Below, in pieces: positions 1 through 13,900 of a stretch of 64,000 bases of DNA (positions are counted from its first letter, which is position 1; every line of letters starts with the position of its first letter). Source of the DNA: Takakia lepidozioides (taxonomy: Eukaryota; Plantae; Bryophyta); assembly GCA_030704615.1 (NCBI GenBank), contig CM060733.1, positions 18,848,001-18,912,000 of the forward strand. Reading direction: 5' to 3'. The notes under the pieces are model-generated. The model was not told the DNA's origin. It made no database searches and was given only the letters and a program-made list of their open reading frames with translations. Made by a program: the position numbers and the translations under genes.

Positions 1-180
1 GTCATATATGTGAAGGCGATGCACCTCTTATGGTTGTATCTGAGTTATCAATATTACCTCTTCTGAGGTCTTCAAATATTTGGAGGTGCTCCCCACGAGT
101 TAGTTGTGTTCAGCGTGGGTAGCCTCTTGAAGTTATCTACGGGTCTTGTGTTATTGAGAGAGAGACACAGAGAGAGAGAG

Positions 181-300
181 AATGTACTCATAAGACGTTT
201 GTTTTGCCTTAGCCTTGTGGCCATTGACCCAGCGTCCACTTTGAGCTGAACACACAGGGACAGAAACTAACCTTTGTCAGGGGCTGACGGTAGTATGACA
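181..300 (-). mobile_element. 3' end of GA-microsatellite-associated LINE family (copy 1)
   Basis: aatgtactcataagacg...gccttgtggccattgaccc...cagggg ctgacg directly follows (GA)n at 155-180 and matches the 3' end of the LINE at 37178-37290. Confidence 0.8.
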
Positions 301-984
301 TAGTGAGAGTGTTACATAACATGTCAAAGCTAGACAAGGAAACACTAAACAGATTGTGCTGTGTTTGCCTTTATTTAACGACATCAGACAGTCTAATTTA
401 GGCCCCATGAAACTGTCCTCCATATCTCCCTTTACATATCCTTTCTGGAAAACCAGGTTTAAGGCCTACTAAGTGGCAATCACATGCACACTCTCCTCAC
501 TTCCGTAGCATAGGAAGCAACAGTAGAAGTAGGACGAGCACAAGTGTCTCCTTAAAAGTAACTCCTTTCCATGTCAGTACAAGCTCAGAGATCCATCAAA
601 CCAAACACAGCAAAAACAGCAGTATTATGTGTACATAATCAACACATACAAACAGATTTGAGGTTTGGGAGAGCTCAAAGCCTCACTCCCTTAGTCTCTT
701 GCCCTTAATAGCATTTCCTGCAACAAAAGAAGGTGAAGTGGCATCACCTGGATCCATCACAGCCAACCAACCAACCAACAGGTTAGTGTTCCCTGTGGAC
801 CCCCAGGCTTAAACCACTTTACATTTGTTATCAATGTCATCCCTGCAACAGGTCATATTAGCAAAGAGAGGAGAGGTAAGGGAGGTCCTTTCAGCCATTT
901 CAGTCAACATAGGTACAGAACTCAGTAGCACCTATTTCAGCCCTTAATCCAGAGGGAGGGGGGGGGTGGTCTCATGTCAGTAAG

Positions 985-1230
985 CACCCATTCCCAAAAG
1001 GAAGGTGTCACTAGAGCCAAGTACTCAAGCAAGGGGGCACATGGAGGTCTTTTGTTTGCAAAATTATTCATAGAGTCAAGAGTAGAGCGTAACCCAATCC
1101 ATGTAAGTAAGCATGACAACAAGCACCTATTCCCAAAAGGAAGACCAAGTACTCAAGCAAGGACACTGAAGCCCTTGGTTTTGCACAAGTATTCGTAGAT
1201 TCAGAGTAGAGCTTAGTCAAGTCCATGTAT
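985..1230. repeat. Two imperfect ~140-bp tandem units
   Basis: cacc(c/t)attcccaaaaggaag...ccaagtactcaagcaagg...agagtagagc...tccatgta occurs twice. Confidence 0.7.
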
Positions 1231-1661
1231 GTTCCTCATGGTGTCAACTCTCTTTGTGTTGCCATACTAAGCAGCCCATCCCAGTGTTGAAGGAGTCTGC
1301 ATGGCTACCTTGCTTGTAGCCATAGTTAACTAGTCAGCTCCTTCAGCTCTTGCCTGCTCCTCTTCCAAATATAAAGATCTTAGCAGCATTCAAGGAAAAA
1401 CAGAGAGAGAGAAAAAATCCTCAAGCCTCTCATTTTCAGGTTTCCTAATTCTGATAGAAGGCATTGGCTACAGTAGACTGGCCAAGAGAGCAATGTACAT
1501 TGACCGAATCAGGGTCAGCATTATGCTGCTGCTACAGGGCTTAGCACAAGCTATCATGTATTGGTTTGCTATTAAAATGTCCTGTATGTTCAAGGGTGGA
1601 GAAAGAGCCAGAGACATCAGGCAGCTCTTCAGTGTTGTTACAAAGAATGTATACCAAATCA

Positions 1662-1820
1662 AGGGAGAGAGGGAGAGGGAGAGAGGGAGAGGGAGAGCGG
1701 GAGAGGGAGAGGGAGAGGGAGAGGGAGAGAGGGAGAGAGAGAGCGAGAGAGGGAGAGAGGGAGGGAGGGAGGGAGGGAGGGAGGGAGGGAGGGAGGGAGC
1801 GAGGGAGGGGGGGAGGGGGG

Positions 1821-1875
<55 letters not shown>

Positions 1876-1933
1876 CTCATAAGACGTTGTTTGCCGTAGC
1901 CTTTTGGCCATTGACCCCGCGCCCAGTTTGAGC

Positions 1934-1975
<42 letters not shown>
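1662..1975. repeat. Long polypurine (GA)n/(GGA/GAGG)n microsatellite interrupted by a LINE remnant
   Basis: Directly visible in the sequence; it generates the low-complexity ORFs at 1468-1931. Confidence 0.95.
1871..1938 (-). mobile_element. ~68-bp 5'-truncated copy of the GA-associated LINE 3' end
   Basis: ttgtactcataagacgttgtttgccgtagccttttggccattgaccccgcgcccagtttgagc is flanked on both sides by (GA)n. Confidence 0.85.
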
Positions 1976-1977
<2 letters not shown>

Positions 1978-2152
1978 TTGTGGCCTGCTGGTATGAGGGA
2001 GCAGATTCTATGGAGAACTTTCAGTTAGTTTCATGGTCTCGTTTGTTTGGTATTTGAGAGGGGTGCGTGTGTGATGGATGGAATGTAGATGCTGAAGATG
2101 TAATGCAGTTCTAATGTACGGTGGTAATTGACTGTCTTTTTGTTGCAAACAG

Positions 2153-5100
2153 TATGCAGGCAAGGCCACTGCTAGCCTTGCACCGGGAAGGTCTTCACTT
2201 TTACCTTCTGTAAACCAGAGGAGCTCACTGAGGTCTGTGAGAGCTATCTCGGGTCGGACTTCAGGCCTTAATTTTCTGTTTGCACCCAGGCCTGTGGGCA
2301 ACTCCAAGTCCAGCTTGTCAAGCGTAAGATGTGAAGCAACCGTTGCTGAGAAGGAAGCTCCAGTTGAGAAGTTTGAGTATCAGGCTGAGGTGATGTGACT
2401 GAATTCTCTTGATTTAAAGAATGTTAGTGTTGTTTCAGTCTCTCTTTTATTCTACTGGTAGTCAGTGCAACAGATGTAGATGACAGTCACATTGTTCAAT
2501 GCTTGCTCTCTATGCTTGCAAGTACGGTTTTCAAATAGCAAACCTGAAGTATTTCAGAGTTGGAGTAGATCCCCTTGTTTTACCATGCTCACTTGCCCAA
2601 AGAAGTGAATTAAGGTTGGACCTGTGCGCTTGTCCAAGTTTGTGTGTACAGTGTTAGCAATTAGGAAATATGCTATTGGAGAGGGGCCTTAAATCTAAAG
2701 ATCCAGTTGCAAGGGAATAACAAGTTGATGTGGTTGGGGTGGATTTGGCAGGTGAGTCGATTGTTAAACCTTATTGTGCACAGTCTCTACAGCCACAAGG
2801 AAGTTTTCCTCAGGGAGCTTGTCAGGTATGCAGCCACTGGATTTTTGAGTAATACAGGATAACATGCCGATGAGTTACACAAGCCAATGCAAGATATCAA
2901 TCCAATGTGGGGCTGCTTAGACAGTAGTTCTCTCTGACATCTTATAGAATCTTGTCATGGATCCTGTGTCACAGTTGCAGTGGTACTTTTAGCTGGCACT
3001 TGAAACCAACGAGTGGGGAAATTGCTGCTGGTGTTCTATCTGTTGAACTTCACTTGAATCTTTTTATGCCATTGAAGTTGTGTGTCCATTTTGACCATAT
3101 GGTATCATGTGTTTGAATGTGTGTAATGACTCCATTTTGGTAGGCTGAATATAATCTGTGGGATTGGAGTTGAAAGGGTTGACATTTTGCATCTGGCTTC
3201 TGGTTGTGCGTCTGGAAGGAGCTAACTCTTAGGGGGATCGGTTTGTGGATGCCACAGCAACGCAAGTGATGCCCTGGACAAGCTGCGATTTCTGAGTGTG
3301 ACAGACCCCGGCTTGATAGAATCCGATACTGACCTGGAGATTCGCATTAAAGCTGATGCTGAGGCAGGCACTATCACATTATCGTGAGCTGTTCATCCCT
3401 TCCTAGGTGTCCTGCCTTGTGTTCATGACAAACATTCGAATTTATACTACTTTGGGGATTTTTTTCTCCTGGTTAAATCATTTACACACATGAGCTTATG
3501 CTTCAGTTTTACAGTTAGTCTGTGCTGAATTTTATATATTTAAAATTTTAGGGACACTGGTATTGGCATGACTCGAGAGGAGCTGGTGGGAACTCTGGGT
3601 ACCATTGCCCAGAGTGGGACAGCCAAATTTCTGCAAGCGATGAAGGTGAGTTTTACAGCTTCCTTGTCTGTCCACTTTGTGTGAGGAGTGAATTCTCGCG
3701 CAACATGTCATTTTCTTTCAAAATGTCATTTTCTTCCAGAGTTTCTAATGATTAGTGCTGTTTATTGATGAAGGTACAATTTGCACTCACGGTTTCAAGG
3801 TGCTAGGCACTTCTGTTGTGGTGGTTTGAGCTGTTTGATAGACCTGGGATTTTGGTCTGAAGTTCAGTCAGTCTGACCCATGCTACTGGGGCAATTTGTG
3901 TAGGATAACAAGGAGGGTAACAGTATGAATGACAACAACCTAATTGGTCAGTTTGGTGTGGGATTCTACTCTGCGTTTCTGGTGGCTGACAAGGTACATT
4001 TTGTTATTCTTTTAATTTTTTAATTTCTCAATTTGTGCCCGAGTTAAGTCTAATGTCCTTTTCAAAGAGTGACAGGGTATTGTTCAATGAAACATCAGCA
4101 TTTCATTTACTAAGCAAGCCTAATTTGACGCTTTTCAATGTCTTCAGTCCTCCGAAACTGAATGTTCATTTGTAGAAGTGGATGATGAACAGCATTATCC
4201 CTGAGTAAGCATATCCCCAACAAAGGATAATTGGTGAAGTGGAGAGGGGATCTCCCTTCTTGCTTTAGAGTTAGGAGCAGATTGGGGTGATTGATTTGTT
4301 GAGCCACCTGCTGTGGGGATTGACCCTATGGCCGCAAGGCTATGAGTCTCACTTTCTAACTTCTCATGGTTTCATTAGGTGACAGTCTCAACCAAGAGTC
4401 CAAAATCAGACAAGCAGTATGTATGGGAAGGGGAGGCTGACACAAGTGAGTTCACAGTTCGGGAGGAGACAGACCCAGAGAAACTCAAACCACGTGGCAC
4501 GACCATCACCCTGCGTCTCAAGGTATACTGAATCATTTTGCGATATCTTTGTTTGCTACATGATCTTGTATGGATGGAAATAAGCTATTTTTCATATCGA
4601 AAATAGGATTGGAACTTGAAAATTGGTCTTCCATAAAGGAAATAGGGAATGGAAAGATTGATGACTTGGCCATTCAGTATTTTCTCTTACAGAAGGCTTT
4701 GACTGCAAAGAAAAAACAATTTCTAAAACCAACGAGAGGGAAGGTAATGTCTAGTTAGCAAGCAATTATATTCTGGGTACTTTCCAACAGGGTTGAAGGC
4801 TATGGCTGGGTGTCCAGATGGAGGAGAAGACGGAGTATGCCGACCCCATCAGAATCCAGAATTTGGTGAAGAGTTATTCCCAGTTCATTTCTTTCCCAAT
4901 CTATGCGTGGCAGGAGAAGTCCCGGACCAAGGAGGTAAGGTGCCATCCATAGTTTGCCAATGTGTGGTCTAGATGTCGAACTTGTTCTTTGAGGTGCAGT
5001 TTGGAAAGGGAAAGGAGACTTGTGTTCTAGTCACCACAAATTGAACAAGGGACATAAATTTGACTGGCTGTTAAGTTAAGCCGGTATGAGTTTGCTGAAT

Positions 5101-8100
5101 CACATTTGTAATGTAAGTCTCTCATAAGGGTGTGGTCAACAGGTAGAGGAAGAGGCAACAGAAGAAGCCAAAACTGAAGCAGAAGGGGAGGACAAAGGCG
5201 AGGTATTTTTCACTTTGCTTTTTAGGATGTTTATTGATTGGCAGTCTTTGCAGGTTTTCCATGTGGTGGACTTGAGGTTGATGTGAAAAGGCAACTGCAT
5301 CACATGTACGACTTAGATCTGCTATTACTGAAAGTGGTGAATCGGTTTTTTGGGGTCAGTTGAGTGATCAAGTACTCATTTCTATTGTTAGAAAATGGTT
5401 CCCTCTGTGATGTACTTGCTTTAAGTTGGGGTGAAACATGGTGAATTAGGGCAGCGGCAAGGTTGGGTTGGTGCTGGAACTTGTTTAGAGTTTAATGTGC
5501 CTGATGTGTATGTTTTTTTCTGGATGTTAAACTTCCTGTACTTTCTTGCAGAAGAAAAAGAAGACTGTGACAGAGAAATACTGGGATTGGGAGTTGATCA
5601 ATGAAACCAAGCCAATTTGGGTGCGTTTTTCCACTGGGTTGTTCCAACAGAAAATACTCTATATGCTTCATATTGTTTGAGATGAGAGTTACTTTGGAGT
5701 AAAACCCTATCCAGTACATGTCACAGTTGGCTGCCTGATTTTGTATTAACTTTTGTCTAGCTGTATTGATGAAGAGTGTGAATATGTTGGCTTCTTATTG
5801 AGATATTTGTGGTGGCAGTTGCGGGCTCCAAAGGACATCCCCAAGGAGGAATATAGCGCTTTCTTTAAGAGTACATTTAAGGAGTTTACCGATCCTCTGG
5901 CTTACTCACACTTCACCACTGAGGTTTGTTCATGTCGATGAGTCTTTCCTCTTAAATGTCATGCAGCTGTCGATTGTAGATTCACCCGAACCTTCTTAGA
6001 CATCAAATCTCTGGTTTTGAAGATGAGAGTTTTAAAAACATGGACGGGAAGGCAGTTCAGCTGGACATGCAATGCCAGAGAGAACATTGGTTGGCACGTC
6101 TGTACATGTTACCTTGTCTGGTTGAGCAGATGTATTGGAAACATGCAGAAGGTAGAATCCTCCTAGATTTTTGTTACTGACTCGGGTGGGTTTCTGAGTG
6201 CAGGGTGAGATAGAGTTCCGGAGTCTGTTGTTCATTCCAGGTATTGCACCCTTCAATTCGGAGGACATGCTGGGTGCAAAAACAAAGAACATCCGACTGT
6301 ATGTGAAGCGAGTGTTCATCTCTGATGAGTTTGATGGAGAGCTAGTAAGTGGCTTTGGCAATATTATTCTCATAGTTGGCTTTCCCATTGTTATAGATGC
6401 AGGGTGGTCTGTGGGATGACACAAGGTTTGAAGAAGCTAGAGGTGGAGTATCTTGTACCAGTCTCTGTTGCTTAGTGTTCCAAACGGAAGGGGGTATGTT
6501 TGGGTCACATCAGGCAACTAATACCGATGAAAGGAGAGGGATTGTACTAAAAACAGAAGCATCTTTTGGTTCTAGAGAAGAAATTGCTCGCTGACATTAG
6601 ACCTCTCTGTCTTTCTTCCTCTTGGAAGCTACCCAATCTCACGACAAAGCTCCACTTCTATCGAGAGACATTCTTGGTGCTCCGAGATGATAGAATCTTG
6701 AGACCAAATTACCTTTCAGCATCCTTATCTCCTTCCCTCCTGAGGGCATTGGGGCGGTTCAGGGTGGGTTCCCACAACCTATGGATAGAGACTGGCAGGT
6801 GGGAAAACCTGCAACGGGAGGACCGCCTATGTCCAGCTTGCATAGGGCGCAGCCAGGAAATTGAAACTGAAGAACACTTCTTCTTCTACTGCCCTCTATA
6901 CTACGAGATCCGTGGGAGATTCCACTGTTTATTCAGTGGAACCCAATCTCTCACTGATGTCTTCCACTATGAGGATAAAAAATGCTTGGCAGCATACCTG
7001 CACAAGGCCTTCACCCTTAGACAATCGCTAGAACATTAGTTCTTATTCTTGGGTTCTGGTTTTGTTCCTCTCTCATGTTTTCTTCCATTTTGTCCCATAA
7101 GCTCTATGAGCTTTCCGCGGACGTTATAAATCACCATTTCATTTCATTTCATTTCTCTTTCTTCTTTCTTTCTTATGTACTGGTAGTAAAGATGCCTGAC
7201 CTCAACTGTCTGCCCAGAGCAGCGGCAGGGGGAGGCAAAAATATAAAGAGAAGGGGGGGTTAATCTGAAGCTGGTTGTGATGTGTGTTTGCAGTTCCCAC
7301 GCTATTTGGGCTTCGTTAAGGGTGTGGTGGACTCGAATGACCTTCCGTTGAATGTTTCTCGCGAGATTCTGCAAGAAAGCCGTATTGTAAGTTAGACTCC
7401 ATACTTCCCTAGCACTTGACCGTGGAAACACTTCAGGTTAACTTGCACTATTTCTTGCTTGGTTGGAAAGAACTCAGGTGTGGTGAGCAGTTAATTTATC
7501 TTTACTGTTGATGCAGGTTCGGGTAATGAAGAAGCGCCTGGTCCGGAAGACCTTCGATATGATCGATGAGGTTGCCAACCGTGAAAATAAGGAGGTTTGT
7601 GGTCTCCATCAGTTGCCTTTGTAGGCAAATGGATCTGGACTAAGGTGGACATGTGATGGGAGTTTCAAAAGGGTTACTAAGGTTTCAATATGATGTAGGA
7701 AAGACAAATGTATGGAGAGAGAGAGATAGTGTACTCATAAGACGTTGTTGGTTGTAGCCTTGGTGACCTTGTGCCCAGTTTGGGTGGAAACATATGCACA
7801 GAGAGAGAATGTACTCATCAGACTGTAGAGTGTTGTCCTGTCTCTTGCAGGATTACAAGACCTTTTGGACCAGCTTTGGGAAGAATCTGAAGCTGGGTGT
7901 CATTGAAGACTCAAACAATCACAATCGGCTAAAACCTCTGCTGAGATTCAACTCAAGCTATAGTGATGAGGATTTGGTTACTCTTGATGAATATGTGGAT
8001 CGTATGAAAGAAGACCAAAAAGACATCTACTATCTGGCTGCGGACACCCTGAAAAGTGCTAAGAGTGCACCGTTCTTGGAAGAACTCACGAAGAGAGATT

Positions 8101-10551
8101 TTGAGGTGGGTGGGGATTAATCAGTCTGTCCTTGACTTGAAATGACTACATACCAAGTATGTGAAGCATTTAGAGTGCATAGCAGTGGTTTGTTCAAATG
8201 GTTGATGAAGTGATGCATAGCTGTGTCAATTCCTAGCTGTATGTCGGTGTAATTCCAGGGAATAAGTATGAAGGTTGTACGGAGCATAATACTCTTGCAC
8301 TCCTTTTTTCATAGTATGAATTTTGAGCATATCAGAGGAGGATGTCAGGCAATTGGGGTGGGCGGATTATTTGACTCATGCCGAAAGCTTGTCTGTTGTG
8401 CAACATGTTGGCAGGTCCTATTTTTGGTAGAGCCGATTGATGAAGTTGCTATCACCAACCTACAGACACACAAGGAGAAGAAGTTTGTGGATATCAGCAA
8501 GGAAGATTTGGAACTTGGTAAGTTTGTGTTTTACCGAAAACTCACTTTGATAGCTAATTTATTGAGTTGATTTGATGTCAGTTTCTGGTTGTTGGTTGGT
8601 GTTTAGACTGTAATGGCATTCATAGGCGAAACTCAGTTTGTCTGCTTGTGATGTGGATTTCATGCTATACTGGCCCTTTTGAAATTTGCCTACAGTGACC
8701 TTAGAACTACTCTTCTTTAAGATGCAACAGCAATGCTGGACGATTGTCTTTGCAAGAATCCATTTTAAAGTAGATATCTTAAACAAATGTCTCAGCCTTC
8801 CATTCATGGTGTAATACTCAAGGTGGTCTAGCACCCATTGTGCCTACATTGTATCTGGGACTGTGTGTAATTGTTGTGGATATCACAAGAATATCATGAA
8901 ATTTCGTCCAGCTGCAGAGTCATATTTTTGATCTCATGACCATTTCCCTTGGTGACGGATAGGGGAAGGGGATGAGGAGAAGGAGAAGGAGATTGAGAAG
9001 GAATACCGGCTGCTCTGTGATTGGATGAAGCAAAACTTGGGTGACAATGTGGCAAAGGTTCAGGTCTCCAAACGCATTAGCTCTTCACCTTGTGTACTTG
9101 TCTCTGGCAAGTTCGGCTGGTCAGCGAACATGGAAAGGTACGAGGTCCTTTCCCTTGATATCTCTCCCGTCGAGACTCCAACCATTGTCCCACGAATGCC
9201 CACTTTGCCATTTTTTCCATCTATGTTTCTCTGTCGCAACAATGGTTTGTGTGCACTTTTCTTAGGCTTGGATTCAAAGAATACCGAAAGTGCGCTTCCA
9301 GGCAGTTTGGTATTTAATATATGGTGGGGAAAAAGCCCCACTCCCTGAAAAAAGCATGCTCAAGAGCCTTGAGTAGTTAATAAAGTGCTTGATTTTCCTG
9401 ATCATAGATGCTCTCAGATCTGAATCTTTCTCCAAATCCTCTTTTCCATGCTCTACTCATCTGTCAGGAGCCTGCCAAGAAAACCAATGAAGGAGCCTAC
9501 TTAATGGGTAGCATATTTTCAACAGGGACACAGCCAGCTTGGCAAATTTAATCTCATGGGATGCAAGTATGTGTGTGAGAAAGCAACAAGGTGGTTTGAT
9601 AAGTTTGACTTAATGTTTGTGAGACAGGGTAGACGAAGAACTTCCTAAAGATTTTGGATTTGTAGATATTTGTTTATCGTCCTCGATCTGATTTGGCCTC
9701 ATGGAGTCTCTGATGTAGGATAATGAAGGCACAAACGCTGGGAGACGTCTCAGCAATGGAATTTATGCGAGGGCGGCGAATTCTTGAAATCAACCCCAAG
9801 CATCCGATCATCCAGGATTTGAATGTATGGAATGGTTGGAATGTTTTCTTTAGATGAAGTGTGGTTGGCTTTTGGGTTTGTTGGGAGGTGAACCTTCCCC
9901 ATTGGTTTTGACTAGTCACTGCTAACACGCTTCCATTTTTACAGTTTGTATGCAAGGATACCCCCCGGAGCCCTCGAGCTAAGCAGATGGTGGAGCTGCT
10001 TTATGAAACTGCGCTGCTATCCAGTGGTTTCACGGTGAGTAATGGCCTTCAAATGCACAACTTACCTTGTGTTGGGTTGTTGCATAGGTTTTGTGTTTGT
10101 ATAGGATTAAGGTTGGCTGTCCTTTCTGTGTCCATCTCTGCCTATCTCTGTGGCTTACACATCAGATTATTTCTTGCCTTCAGTTAGGTAGCCAATCTGA
10201 ATCAACCTTCCCATCGATGCTTAAGAGTGGTTTGTCCAATTGATAGGGAGATTATCGTCCTTGGAAGACTGACAGTGTCTTGTGTCGTTACATTTGGTCA
10301 ATTGTAGATTATCTAAGATGATCATTTCTGTGCAGCCTGAGAGCCCTGGCGAGTATGGAGCAAAGGTGTATGAGATGATGGCACTTGCCCTTGCATCAAA
10401 ACGAAACAGTTCAGGTCCTGTTGTGGCTACCGAGGACACTATTACAGATGCATCGCCTTCGGAAGCCGAGTCTAACACTGAGGCTGATGTGGACGCTGAC
10501 TTAGTTGAGGCTTCAGAAGTTATCACAGAGAATGATCCCTGGAAGGTGTAA
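2153..10551 (+). CDS. HSP90-5: Plastid HSP90 (HSP90-5/HSP90C/CR88-like), ~19 exons visible; ATG-containing first exon not located
   Basis: Spliced GT-AG exons encode an S/R-rich transit-like segment, then [93 protein letters not shown] and RILEINP. The C-terminus ENDPWKV* (DPW motif) is typical of the plastid isoform. Confidence 0.95.
6560..7155 (+). mobile_element. 5'-truncated non-LTR retrotransposon (RTEX-like C-terminus) in an HSP90 intron
   Basis: ORF 6566-7039 has [16 protein letters not shown]...DRLCPAC...[11 protein letters not shown] (post-RT CCHC region). A short 3' UTR follows and ends in (CATTT)n. Confidence 0.85.
7727..7820 (-). mobile_element. Two degraded stubs of the GA-associated LINE 3' end
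   Basis: gagagagagatagtgtactcataagacgttgttggttgtagcc...gcccagtttg is followed by gagagagaatgtactcat. Confidence 0.7.
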
Positions 10552-10913
10552 GAAAAAGTATCTGGGTAGATGACATTATTCTTTCTCTCCATGTTACATG
10601 GTCCTTAAAAAGAGTTCCAGTTTTGACCTCTGAAGCGAAGGTGGGATGGGTGGGATGACCTAGTTTTTATTGTAGCCATTGTCACGAGGGATTTTGGTCT
10701 TGTAGTCAGTTGGTGGCTGTTGCTATGCACCCTGAGGGGATTCCTTGGTGACAAAAATTTGGTTTGTATACTGGGCATCAAGATATAAAAGTTTAGTTTC
10801 GATAGAATTTTGTACCGAATGGTGGCTAGGGTTTGTTGTGGACATGGTTGTAAGCTGTATTAAGCAATGACTTTCACATCTTTCTTGTCAGACAGTCAGC
10901 GTTGTGGTCAAGG

Positions 10914-13900
10914 TAGGGCGCCCTATTATGGATGGCTACATTTTAAACCTTTGTTACTTTAACATGTAGATGAGTTATACAGTAACATTTTAACCACATA
11001 TAAAAAAGTAAATTATTTCTCAACTCTCTTTTTTTTGGATTTTTTAATTTTATTACAAATGTAATATGAATTTTTGAAGATAATGAGCTACATTAGACCT
11101 ACAAAAGCTATAGTTTGGTTCTAAAAAATGTCTACTTTAAAATAATCCAAAACCCATAGGAGTTTTTTTTGTACCATGGTTAGGAGTTCCATGATTCAAG
11201 TGAAAGTCAGTAATAATACATTTGAGTGAAAAATAGTGTACAATAATAATAGTTTATAGACCAGACTGGCAGGGTTTGAGTAAAGGAGGGAAAGGTAGTG
11301 CAAGTTGGCCTTTGACCAATCCTATGTCACTCTATTATGACCTATTCCACATCCTATTTTGGAGTCTTTGTATCTCAGGAGACAAATTGAGGAGTTTCAA
11401 GCAGTTATAAACATGCGGGATGTCATTTTGCACAACAAGCTTTCTCTCTTGTGGTGTAGCATGTCTGCCAAGTATGATTTCATGGATTTTCTGGTGATTC
11501 TTGAGTTCAGTGAGCTCTAAGTTTGTGGCAAGTTGGTCCATCTTCACATTTGGTGGTGAAGTGTAGGCTGAGGTGGCTGCAGGGACAGTACATAGAGAGC
11601 CAAGACAATCTGGCAACATTGATGAAATCAGGCAATGATCTTGACTGCACCTTCTACAAGCACAGTTCAGCCTGTCTTACTCTCTTTTCAAAGTCGTCCA
11701 TGTCAAGTTTTATGTTTGATTCTGCAAGTGCAGCTCGTTGGGTGGATCCATAGTGGTTAGGACTAATATTGTGGTTAGACATCATTCAATTCTATCAATA
11801 TCATAGAGCACATTACAATATAGGTCAATACATTATCCTATAGGTCATTACACGATAGTCTGCCTGATAATGTGAACCTTACGGCAACTGGGAGATCACT
11901 ATATAGGTGACAAACTCTACTTCGCAACAATGAAGCTTTCCACATCCTAGAATTCCATATTTGGGAATGATGGTCTTTTATGTGGAGTTCACACAAAGAA
12001 GTATACTCACTACATATCTGAGTTTTGTGCTGAAAGTGGTTTAAGTAGTGGTGGCAAGGTGGACAAGTCTCCTCCATTTTTGAGAAGTCTTCTCCTCATA
12101 ACTTGTCTACGCTGATTTTGAATACACCATCCAGGAATAGTGCCACAGTATGGTGCATGGTACTCTGTAGGGAGAATTGGTCTTCCCTCTCTAATTGCAG
12201 CATGGAGCTTGTCTCCCACTTCCCTCACATTTTTTGCTGACCAGAATTTGTCAAATGTTTTTTTGGCCACCTTCTCCTTCACTCTCTGTTCTTGTGCAAG
12301 TTTGAGAGTTTCCTTTTCTAATGTAGCTTTAGCCCTTCTTTGCTCCTTTTGCTTTTTTTTTCTCATCTCTTTCTTTGTCTGACTGTTCTTTACGTCTAAT
12401 TTTCTCGTCCAATGCCGCCACATAATCCTCGGAAGTCATCACTATAGATTTGGAGTAATCAATGATAGGTTCTCTAGTTTTTGCCCGTTTAAAGGTAAAC
12501 ACTTGAGGGAGTGGCAAAAACTTGTTGATTCCTTCCAGTCGATGCATGTCTTCATTGTGTTGTTCATCTTCATCATTGTGCTGTTCCTCCTGACTTTTTG
12601 GGTCAGCAATGTCCACAAAGTAAAGGCAGGCGTAGCCATTTGCATTCTCATCTTCTTCTTCCCTAATGTCTTCAATAGTGATGTCTGGCTCATCGTCCTC
12701 TTCACTTTGAGAGTCACCCCCACTTTCTGTTTCAGAACCCTCATCAAGGCTTGGGGTTGATGCGAATGCTCTTGAAGGTCCATAATGCTTGTCCATTGCC
12801 CTTGCATTGTATGGCCAGATTCCAACTTTTGCAAATCTTTTTGTGATGTTGTGTTTTGTAAGTACTAACCTCAAGCCTTTGCTGGCCCACTCTGTCATTT
12901 CTGCGCATTGTCGCTTCATCTCGAGTTTTCCTGAATGCCTTCTTGAAGGGACCAAAGCATGCCACATCAAGGGGCTGGAGCACATGGCTTGTGTGAGCAG
13001 GTAATGTGACCATATCCAAACCTATTCTTTGTGCTTTCAAGACTGCTTCTTTTGAAACATGAGATCCATGCCCATCCAAAATCAGTAGATGTCGGTTGGT
13101 AGGTGAAATTCCTTATGCGTGCTTCTGGAAGTGGTCTAGCCAGCAAGTGAATAATGACTTGTTAATCCATGCTTTGTCTTGTATTGCCATAAGAGACCTC
13201 GACTCACATTTTGCAATGTAATTCTTCCTTTTTTGTCTGCCTTTGAAGATATAAAAGTTCGGTATGGAGAGACCTGTTGCGTTTACGCATACAAGTACAT
13301 ACATCCATTCTCTGCTTTGAGGTATGATACCATACACATAATGTGTGCCCTTCTTTGCCAATACCTTTGCTCCACTTTGCGACAAGCTTGCACTCTCGTT
13401 TCATCACAATTCCAAATTTGTGATGGGGGATACTTATGGAGATCATACATGCCTTGTAGGTTGGCATAGAAAGATTGACAATTTTCAACATTTACAGCTT
13501 TTGCTCTACGTACCTCCAAACCTTGAGCAGAGCACAAAGATATATCAAGATGACGTCGCTTGAACCATCTCCACCACGAGTTCTCAGGTATACCCTCAAC
13601 AAATGGTGTTGCGCACTCTTGTGTGATTTCAGCAACTTTCAATTTCAGTTGTCCGACATTGATGCCATGTCCCAATTCTTGCATATCGAAAATCCATTGA
13701 CAATGATATCCTCCTCATCTTTGGATAGCACTGTTGGACCTCCTTGCTTGCGACCATACACCCACCCATAAAGATGATTTCTAAGAGAAGCTGGAGGAAT
13801 GTTCCATTGGCGAGCAGCAACGTTGATTGGGCAGCCATCATCAACAACATTTATGGCTGCCTTCAGGTCTTCATCAGTCCATTCAACTCTCTTTCTTTTT

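Noticed and set aside
1468-1931. ER/GR- and SL/PP-rich ORFs
   Set aside because: Translations of the GA microsatellite.
4170-4350. Further LINE remnant (atggccgcaaggctatgagt)
   Set aside because: Only ~20 bp of similarity, too weak to count.
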